Source: Octopus sinensis (lineage: Eukaryota). From it: 64,000 nucleotides of DNA. The stretch covers positions 70,804,001-70,868,000 of the forward strand of contig NC_042999.1 in assembly GCF_006345805.1 (NCBI RefSeq), written 5' to 3'. Made by a program: the position numbers and the translations under genes. Below are positions 54,787 through 64,000 of this stretch, in pieces. The first letter of the stretch is position 1, and every line of letters starts with the position of its first letter. The notes beneath the pieces were generated by a model. It ran no database searches, was not told the origin of the DNA, and saw nothing but the letters and a program-made list of their open reading frames with translations.

Positions 54787-54829
54787 ACGCACACACACAC
54801 ACACACATATATATTCATTCGTATGCATT

Positions 54830-55590
54830 GAAACACTTTTATGACTGCAAGTTATTTCGTTATATTCATAAATATGCACTGTACATATTCATATACGGAA
54901 ATTATTGATCTCAAGTGGAGGCGCAATGGCCCAGTGGTTAGGGCAGCGGACTCGCAGTCATAGGATCGCGGTTTCGATTCCCAGACCGGGCGTTGTGAGT
55001 GTTTATTGAGCGAAAACACCTAAAGCTCCACGAGGCTCCGGCAGGGGATGGTGGTGATCCCTGCTGTACTCTTTCACCACAACTTTCTCTCACTCTTACT
55101 TCCTGTTTCTGTTGTACTGTATTTCAAAGGGCCGGCCTTGTCACTCTCTGTGTCACGCTGAATATCCCCGAGAACTACGTTAAGGGTACACGTGTCTGTG
55201 GAATGCTCAGCCACTTACACGTTAATTTCACGAGCAGGCTGTTCCGTTGATTCGGATCAACCGGAACCCTCGTCGTCGTAACCGACGGAGTGCTTCTCTA
55301 TTGATCTCACATTTCGTTTCCAAAATTATTTATATTTTGATGACAACGTGTGTCTTGATGATTTCAGACTAACACGTTATATTTAAAAGAAAGTTAGTAG
55401 AGCTACTTGCTATCGTGATCATAAAATAAACATTTCGTTTTGGAATGGTGTGATCAAGCTGAAATATAGCAGGAATATGCGACCACAGAATTCTTAGGAC
55501 TGCAACTGGTAGAAAATTCTACTTAGTGTTAGTAAAAGTGTCGCACAACTGGGTTGTAGACTAGTTAGAATTTTACGAAATCAATCAATC
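54830..55590 (+). mobile_element. Helitron helicase fragment, split by a SINE
   Basis: After removing 54914-55298 the sequence aligns to the reverse complement of 60950-61290 (catttcgtttccaaaattattta...tgctatcgtgatcataaaataaa). Confidence 0.7.
54914..55298 (+). mobile_element. Full-length tRNA-derived SINE, family 3, with 11-bp TSD
   Basis: A and B boxes; TSD TATTGATCTCA at 54903-54913 and 55299-55309; CpG-rich. Confidence 0.9.
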
Positions 55591-55646
55591 AATCCATCAA
55601 TCCATCAATCCATCAATCCACCTATCTATCTATCTGTCTGCATACC

Positions 55647-56045
55647 TAGGCGTAGGGGTGGCTGTGTGGTAAGTAGCTTGTTTACTAACCACATGGTTCC
55701 GGGTTCAGGGCAAGCGTCTTCTATAGCCTCAGGTCGACCAAAGCCTTGTGAGTGGATTTGGTAGACGGATTTGGTAGACGGAAAGAAGCCTGTCGTATAT
55801 ATGTATATATATATGTGTGTGTGTGTGTATGTATCTGTTTGTGTGTCTGTGTTTGTCCCCCCCCCCCAACATCGCTTGACAACCGATGCTGGTGTGTTTA
55901 CATCACCGCAACTTAGCGGTTCGGCAAAAGAGACTGATAGAATAAGTACAAGGCTTACAAAGAATAAGTCCTGGGGTCGATTTGCTCGACTAAAGGCGGT
56001 GCTCCAGTATGGCCACAGTCAAATGACTGAAATAAGTAAAAGAGT
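55647..56045 (+). mobile_element. tRNA-derived SINE, family 2
   Basis: Head aggcgtaggggtggctgtgtggtaag, ggttccgggttcag, internal microsatellite and conserved tail. Confidence 0.88.
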
Positions 56046-56534
56046 AAAACAGTATATCTGTTTAAACGCGTTCGCGCGCACACATACGCACACGCATGTG
56101 TGAGTGCCTGTCTCCCACTTCACTCAGTAGCAATTGTTGTTTTAACTGATGATAAACAATAAGATGACTAAAAAATTAGATAGATTTCAAAAATAAATAA
56201 GTAGTAACGCATATGATGTGTACATAATTTTATATGAATTAAGTCCAGATTATATAAATGTTAAGAAGACATTCTTAACACTGGGAAAAAATTAATGTAC
56301 ACCATGTTCGTTTTATTTTTTAGATATTGTGACCATATGTACAGCACATTGTGTAGTTCATGACAGCAGCATGCAACTGTCTATGCGAAAGGTTTATTTT
56401 ATTAATCGATTGATAATGAGCTCTAATAATTGTCTTAAAGAAAATCATTCGGATTGGAGATTGTAATTGTGGCAGAGAGGTGTCATAAGGGCTCAGTTTT
56501 TCCTGGCACTATGGCATATTTTCCAAAATGTTTA

Positions 56535-59500
56535 TGTGGAGATGAGCCGGAAGAAGAGGGATATGGCGTCAGTGGTCAAGGGACTGACCGGAAGATGAAG
56601 CGTGAGAAAGGAAGTGCGGGGTGGTGATAGGACAGGGTCATTCTCTTTTGGCTGGCCGAGGCATCGCAAACGGACGTCAGGGAATTCGCTCTCGAGTTGG
56701 TGACATAACAGCTGCTTATACTGGGTAACAGAGTAGGGCAGGATCGTCGGAGTGACTACTACTAGACGGGCGCAGACGAGAGAGGTAGGTAGGTGCCCCT
56801 CTTTTCATTTCCCACGTACGAAAAGGTATTTCAGCAATTGTATACATACGTCGTTGTCTGTATACAATAAGGATCGGCAGTGAAGTCGTCAGACCTTTCT
56901 ATGGCGAAGGTGACATTGTAGCCTGGATTCGAAAGATCAACGTTGTGGCCGGGTTACAAGGCATCGAAGATTTAGCGAGCCTCATGGCCCTGTATTTGGA
57001 GGGGAGTGCGTTGGCACTGTACCTCGAAATAGATGAAGAAGAAAGGATTGAGCAGCTATGCACAGATGGAGAGTACGCCGCTTTTGCTAAGCTGGGAACG
57101 ATCAGATGGAGAGGGGAAAAAGTCGACGAATACGCTGCGGAGGTACAGAGGCTGGTTGTGTTGTCTGGTCTTACAGGCGAGGGACTCGAGAAAGTAGCGC
57201 GACCGGCTTTTGTGAACTGCTTTCCCGACGACGTATCGGTGCGACAACAGTTGCCAGGCGGCAACAAAATGGCGATGAGAGAGCTCATCGTTCAAGCCCG
57301 CGTGCTGACATAAAACACAAGGCTGATGGCAGCTGCAGAAGCCCGCAAATCTGCGCAACGGCTAGTGAAGGACGAAAAGAGGCCTACTGTGGAACGACAG
57401 CGGCCGTTCACAGACCGGTGTTTTAAGTGCTAAGGACCGCACATAGCGAGGGTCTGCGCGGAGCCCGGACCGGTTTGCTATCCGTGCAAATAGACTGGGT
57501 ATGTCGCCCGAAATTGTAGCCAGGGAAAAGGCCACAGAGAAGTTGTTGCCTCTCAAACTTCCCCCGCGAACGAGTAGAGGCGTTTGCGAAGTCACTGCTC
57601 GCAGTTGAGGTCGTGGTCATGTGAAACACGTTCAAGGTCCTCGTGGACACGGGCTACACAACGACTCTCGTGACCTCGAGGGTGACAAAGAAATGGAAGG
57701 GGACGAGTAGCATTCGGGCGGTCAACGGTCGCGAAATCGAACGCAAGGGTAGCAGCGATGTGGATATAGCGGTGCGAGGCACAACGCTAAGGCTTCGGGC
57801 GATCGTGATCGATCACGTGGTAGGCAGGATCGACGTGGTAATGGGGATGGACGCAATCGACCGCCTTGGAGGTGTCAGTGTTGGAGGAGACGTGGTTTCG
57901 TTTGGTGTCGTGTGCCGTGAGTCTGGAATGTGAGCAAGAGCAGAGCCTAGCGAGCAGCTGCACTGCCTACGCCATTGAAAACAAAGCTTTTCGGGCGGAG
58001 TTCGATTGTCAGCGATGGACGATAGAGTGGCACTGGAAAGAGGGACCCGCGACGCTGAAGAACAAAGTGAGCTGCTTCCAGCCTACTCTGAAAGGGCACG
58101 CATGGGGCAAGTTTGAAGAAGAGGTAGAGAAGTAGATTAAGGAAGGTGTCCTTATCCTGTGGAAAGAGGAGGTGGTGAGCGGAGTACTACCTCTAATGGC
58201 AGTGGTGCAGCCAACAAAGGGAAAAATTAGACCGGTACTGGACTTTCGGGAGATGAACGGCCATGTATCGTGCCACACAAGTGGCGAGGCGACCGACGTC
58301 TCCGATGAGACGCTGCGCGTATGAAGGCAGTCGACTAAGGCGGCGGGCGACGATCGTCGACTTGAAGTCGGCATATTTGCAGCTCCATGTGAGCGACAAA
58401 CTGACAGTACCAACTGGTGCGATACAAGGGCTGGACATATTGTCTGACAAGGCTGGGTTTTGGACTGAATTCTGCGCCGAAGATCATGGCGACAGTGCTC
58501 AATCCACCCTGGGAAAAGTGATAGGATAAGAAGGGCTACCAGTTCCTACACAGATGACATCCTAGTGAACGTAGTGTCTGCCACAGAGGTTGTGAGACAT
58601 TTGAAGAAATTCGGGTTGATTGCGAAGCCACCGGAGCCAATGGCTGGAGGAACTGCACTGGGGCTTAAGCTTCAGAGAGACAGAACAGGCGAGTTGGTGT
58701 TTCGTAGGGGGAACGAGATCCCGGAGCTGGGTACCAACGTCAGCAGGAGAGAACTGTTGTCAATGTGCGGGAAGTTAGTAGGTCACTACCCGATCGCGAG
58801 GTGGCTGCGTACGGCATGCAGTTACACCAAGAGACGAGCAGAAGGGGAGAACTGGAGTGACGAGGTAGGAGAGGGGACGGAGACGATGATGCGAGAAATC
58901 CTGGAGATGACGAGAGCGGAAGACCCAGACAGAGGGAACTGGCATGTGCCCAAATCGGATAGCGGGTCCGTATGGTGTAATACCAGCAGCATTGCGATAG
59001 GCGTTGTGTTGGAATCAGAGGTATCGAAGTGGAGGATGCCGCCTGGCTTCAAAAAGTAGACGACTACAACTACATAAATGTCGCTGAGTTGGACTCAGTG
59101 CTGAAGGGAGTGAATTTAGCCCTGAAATGGGGGCTGCGCTCCATCGAAATCAGGACGGATTCGGCTACCGTGCTTGGCTGGGTAGGATCGGTGATCACCG
59201 ATGACAAGAGGGTGCGAACCAAAGGAGCTGCGGAAATGCTAGGTATTCTTAGAGCGGGGCCCTGTGGACGAATTGCTGAAGGACAACAGCACAGCATTTC
59301 GTTAGGAGGCGCTGAAGGATATGCTTGACAGGTGGAAAGTGCACCGCTTTTTCAGAGTAGCATACAGGCCGAGTTGAAATGGGATCGTGGAGAGACATCA
59401 TGGAACGATCAAGCCCATGGCGAAGAGGGAGACATGTCTCGCCGCCGGAAGCAGTGTTCTGGTATAACATGTCGCCCCGATCAGTACAGGCCGAGTCCGT

Positions 59501-60169
59501 GTCACATAGAGCGATATTCAAAATGAATGGCGGCATCCGAGTAAACCATCGAGATGCCCTGTAGAAGAGAGAGGGCCCGACTTCATGAAGGTGGGAGATG
59601 AAGTCTTGGTCAAGCCACCAAAGGCACGCTGCACAACTCAGTGGAACAGAGGAATAGTAACGGCTGTCAATTCCAAAAACAACATCTCTGTGGATGGAAT
59701 GTCACGTCAAGTCTTGGATGTTCGTAGGATTGTCGGTTGTCGGATGATGATTGTGGAGAAGAGAAAGAGAATGAGGTTCCCAGTTTAAGAAAGTCACAAC
59801 GTGCAAAGCGCCCACCTAGGTGGGTGGTAGATTTCGGAATAAAGTGAAGTGAGGAGGTGATCTTTGAGATCAGGGGGCGTGTGGGGATGAGCCGGAAGAA
59901 GAAGGCCATTACGTCAATGGTCAAGGAACTGACTGGAAGAGGAAGCATGAGAAGGGAAGTACGGTGGGGGGGGGGACAGAACAGGGTCGTTCTCTTTTGG
60001 CGGCAGTGGCATCGCAAACGGACGTCAGGGAATTCTCTCGGGTTGGTGAGATTGCAGCAGCTTATTCTGGGTGACAGGGTAGGGCAGGATCGTCAGAGTA
60101 ACTAGTACTAGACGGGCGCAGATGAGAGAAGAAGGTAGGTGAACCTCTTTTCGTTTCCGATGCATGACA
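56535..60169 (+). mobile_element. Ty3/Gypsy-type LTR retrotransposon, decayed, with integrase largely deleted
   Basis: LTRs 56535-56823 and 59880-60169 (TG...CA on the 3' LTR); 5-bp TSD GTTTA at 56530-56534 and 60170-60174; purine-rich tract before the 3' LTR; gag with RCFKC*GPHIARVC knuckle, protease LVDTG, RT VDLKSAYLQL and YTDDILV, RNase H INVAELDSV...EIRTDSATV. Confidence 0.92.
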
Positions 60170-60461
60170 GTTTACTTTTTGTAACAATGTTACGGTGAAT
60201 CACACGTTCATGTGATTGGGTCATTTAAATTCTTGTCCCTGTAACTGAAAGCTTAATATCTAAACGTTGCGCCAGCTTTATAAAATATTTCTTACTCAAG
60301 ATTAAGACATAGCTGGAGTACTTCACTAATGTTACAGCAGTTTAAGAACTTTGGCTAACTGTACAGATTTTCTTTTCCATCGTAGGAAACAATGTTTCGT
60401 GACTTTTCCGCCAACAAATATGTTAACTTCGTCATTTATAGAATCATCATTATTACTCAGA

Positions 60462-60677
60462 CTCTCTCTTTACTCTTTACTCTTTTACTTGTTTCAGTCA
60501 TTTGCTTGTGGTCATGGTGGAGCACCGCCTTTAGTCGAGCAAATCGACCCCAGGACTTATTCATTGTAAGCCTAGTACTTATTCTATCGGTCTCTTTTGC
60601 CGAACCGCTAAGTTACAGGGACGTAAACACACCAGCATCGGTTGTCAAGCGATGTTGGGGGGACAAACACAGACACA

Positions 60678-60721
<44 letters not shown>

Positions 60722-60905
60722 TACACACACATATACATATATACGACGGGCTTCTTTCAGTTTCCGTCTACCAAATTCACTCACAAGGCTCTGGTCGGCC
60801 CGAGGCCATAGTAGAAGACACTTGCCCGAGACGCTACGCAGTGGGACTGAACCTGGAACCATGTGGTTCGTAAGCAAGTTACTTACCACACAGCCACTCC
60901 TACGC
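60462..60905 (-). mobile_element. tRNA-derived SINE, family 2
   Basis: Reverse complement colinear with 55647-56045. Confidence 0.88.
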
Positions 60906-62419
60906 CTATATACACTCCTTAGTTTGAGAGATCGAATAGACTGCCAAAAACTTGATTTATCATTTAACGTTATTCAAAACAACCTGAACTTAATCTTGCT
61001 ATCAACGTCCAGTTCTTTTCTTTCACAAACATTAAGAATATTCTCCCAGTCGCAGTCCTGTAGTCTCATCTTTATGCTACATTTCAGCCTGATCGCACCA
61101 CTCCAAAACGAAAAATTTATTTTATGATCACGATAGCAGGCAGCCTTACCACGTTTCTTTTAAATAGGAAGTGTTGGTCTAAAATCACCCAGACACATTT
61201 AACTTGTCCTCAAAATGTAAATAATTTTGGAAACGAAATGCAAAATCAATAACTTCATGCACACACTTCAACATTTGTAGTGCTTCATCCCAATAGAACA
61301 AAGTACAATTTCGAAAATCTTTTTTTTTTATTGTTGCTATTTTGTCGTTGACACCAATATTGCAAACAGAATCCCTATCAATAGAAATTGGAACATAGAA
61401 AGTTGAATGAGCTGTTGAATCGCTTTTATAGAACAATGCAGCAGTACTATAGATTCAACAATGAAAACTGGTTGGTCCAAACATGCTTTTCACATAATCA
61501 ATAATTGTTCGATTGAAATATGTCTTCCGGAGCCGTTACTTCTATCAAAAAAGAAGAATATTTGAACTTGGTTTGTTATCCTGCGTGGTATACATTATAG
61601 TGTCAAAAGTATGTCGCGATCTTGGTTAAATTTTTCTTTCTGACTATTAACTTCAGTTCACTGTAGGCTGTTGTTGGAGGTAATTAAAAGGTTTGATTCG
61701 TCTGGTGCAGACAACACAAGGATGAGCTCGCTGATAAAATGAAGTCCTGTTTTAGAAATAGGAAGGTTGTAAAATATACACTCATCGTTAGGACAATGTA
61801 ATCGATGGTCTTTTGACATAGACACCTTGAGATTTTGAACGAAACCCATTTGATTTGAGATTTCATAAAACAACTGCAATTTTTCGTATCTGAGATGCTG
61901 AAAAGCCATCAGTAATTTCTCATGAAATTTGATAAATATGAATAAATTTGCATTTGTATGTTTAGCTTTGGTACTCGCTAACAATTTTAGTTCCCGAAGT
62001 GAAGATGCCATAGACATATGTCGTGAAATTATACACAGATGATATTTTTCAGAATCGCAAGATCTGACAATTTCATTCTTTCAAGAGACAATCCACTTAT
62101 TCTCTTATCAAAGTGTCTTTATATTAATACGCATCAATTGTTTTGTAACGTCGAGATCCTTGTACTGCGAAATGAAACTATTTGCCGCTAAATTTCTGTG
62201 AAATGGCCTGGAAAGTCTATCAAAATAACTCTACGAAAGATAACTAATACATCCTACGCGTAGTGCAAGTGAAAACAAATTTCATTTGAGTTGTAGGAAA
62301 CAACTAGTTTCTCCCATATACACCATAGAAAACAATGAAATAGATGAAATTATTCAGACCTGGGGCAAAGCGTGAGAGATACATACATACACAGCTAACA
62401 ACATGCACTTTTGCAATGT

Positions 62420-62625
62420 AATCAGTATCCGTCGACGTAGAAAATCGTCTAGATCGTTTGTCTTTACGTTCTGAGTTCAAATTCCGCCGCGGTCGACTTT
62501 GCCTTTCATCCTTTCGGGGTCGATAAATTAAGTACCAGTTGCGTACTGGGGTCGATCTAATCGACTGGCCTCCTCCCCCAAAATTTCGGGCCTTGTGCCT
62601 AGAGTAGAAAAAATAGAAAAAGAAA
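62420..62625 (+). mobile_element. tRNA-derived SINE, family 1 (CpG-intact, younger)
   Basis: gagttcaaattccgccgcggtcgactttgcctttcatcctttcggggtcgataaa...ggccttgtgcctagagtagaaa. Confidence 0.85.
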
Positions 62626-63009
62626 GTCGGTCAGATTTGGGGTCATCTTCGGTGCATATTCTTCCCGATTTGAAATGCTTGCATTGCTCGCAATATTGCG
62701 TACGGCCTACACATAGCTCCATAGCTCTCTTGCAATTTCAGAACAGTCCGTGAAAGTTTTGCCTGATTTAAAACAGAATTTCACACAAATAAATAGCCAA
62801 GTACACTAAGTATATGTTTGCTCTAACATTTGTAGTTCGATACACGTATATGTTGTGTATAAGCAATCTTGAATGAAAGTCAAAATTGCTTATACATAAC
62901 ATATGACACTGCAATCGCGGGCATGCTGCGCCAGCTAGTTGGCGCGATATCTTGAAAGATTTTTCTTTTTGGACAGATCCCATATTTGTGTATGTATGTA
63001 CACACACTC

Positions 63010-63281
63010 GGTACTATTGAAGAAGAGTGGTCCCGGTGGGCGCACTCGCGTACTCGCGCATCCGCGCTAGCTAGTCGTGACTAGTCGATCCTACAACGAC
63101 TACCTAGCAAAGTAAATAAAACACAAAATAAATAATTTTGTTTACACAAAATAAATAATTTTTTAAACAAAGTAAATAAAGCACAAAAACACAAAATAAG
63201 GATCGACTAGTCACGACTAGCTAGCGCGGATGCGCAAGTACGCGAGTGCGCGCACCGAGACCACTCTTCTTAAATAGTACC
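63010..63281. mobile_element. MITE with ~75-bp CpG-rich TIRs and a 3-bp TSD
   Basis: ggtactatt.aagaagagtggtc.cggtg.gcgcactcgcgtact.gcgcatccgcgctagctagtcgtgactagtcgatcct and its reverse complement; CTC at 63007-63009 and 63282-63284; AT-rich core. Confidence 0.88.
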
Positions 63282-63804
63282 CTCACCCTCATACACACAC
63301 ACACACACACACGCTCACACACACACACACACACACGCCCACACATACATACATACACATACAGACAGACATACACGTACATATGAAGAAAATGACTGGG
63401 TGGTAAATCTGTTTTGGAAATCTGTATCAAAACGTTTCTGTCATATTTAATTTTTTTTTCTTATCTTCATTCTTTTTATCTGTAATGTCGGTTTATGTCA
63501 ACATATAAGTCTTCCCTTTTTTTTATTTTTATCTTCGTTCCTCCTCTCATTCTGTTTGTTTACGATCCCATTGCAATTCTAGGAAGTAGATTTGAAGATT
63601 ATCTTACTCCGATCGTAAATGACACCAGAAAGAGCATAAAACCTGTGCGCACACACACACTTTCGAAGAAAAAAAACAAGCAAAAAACCCCCAAGAATAA
63701 CGTAGATGAAAACACACTCCCCCCCCCAAAAGAAAACCCCAGAAAAAAAACTATGCTTTTCTGTACATGTCTTTGTCCAACCTTATCTTATTTCCTCTTT
63801 CCCA

Positions 63805-63920
63805 CCTCTGTCTGTCTGTCTGTCTGTCTGTCAGTCTGTCTGTCTCTCTGTCAGTCTGTCTGTCTGTCTGTCTGTCAGTCTGTCTGTCTGTCTGTCTGCC
63901 TGCCTGTCTGTCTGTCTCTG
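63805..63920. repeat. (TCTG)n microsatellite
   Basis: Read directly. Confidence 0.95.
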
Positions 63921-64000
63921 TCCTCTCTTCTTCGTCCTTGCCCTTTCTTTCCTTCCATCTTGATACTGTGCATTATAATAAGGTTTAAGTTATCGCTTTG

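Larger units (their letters stand above)
56150..62380 (-). mobile_element. Degenerate Helitron Rep-helicase (PIF1-like) region, interrupted by an LTR element and a SINE
   Basis: Minus-strand motifs GSG(K)TY (about 61520-61545, frameshifted), TAHSTF, WDEALQM, GDFRPTLPI (about 61160-61190), and QSHERVIHRNIVTKSKHFGKYAIVPG read across the LTR insertion site; boundaries approximate. Confidence 0.75.

Noticed and set aside
54914-54990. tRNA gene (also 48764-48840)
   Set aside because: A and B boxes continue into a repeated SINE body with a TSD; no complete cloverleaf.
56899-59536. Minus-strand ORFs over the LTR element as separate genes
   Set aside because: Antisense shadows of GC-rich gag-pol remnants with no independent motifs.

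Overview
AT-rich animal genomic DNA, dense in microsatellites, tRNA-derived SINEs, RTE/CR1/R4-like LINE remnants, mariner/hAT MITEs, Helitron pieces and one Gypsy-type LTR element. The repeat landscape suggests an octopus or other coleoid cephalopod (inference). Only two host coding exons are recognisable, both on the + strand and both 3'-terminal exons encoding the last helix pair (h56-H6) of a mitochondrial carrier. Exon B (38703-38916) is the canonical SLC25A32 (mitochondrial folate/FAD carrier) C-terminus, [25 protein letters not shown]. Exon A (7002-7155) is a diverged homologous copy, GLYKGFPVYMVHVTPNICIVLLVYE. Both begin at the same phase-2 acceptor, and I found no other carrier exons in the 31.5 kb between them. 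The best reading is one gene with duplicated, mutually exclusive last exons that swap the conserved H6 substrate-contact Arg for His. The upstream exons are not visible and presumably lie before the window. The rest is intron, UTR or intergenic sequence with nested transposons, several long fold-back structures, local duplications and about 4 kb of TA-rich arrays.
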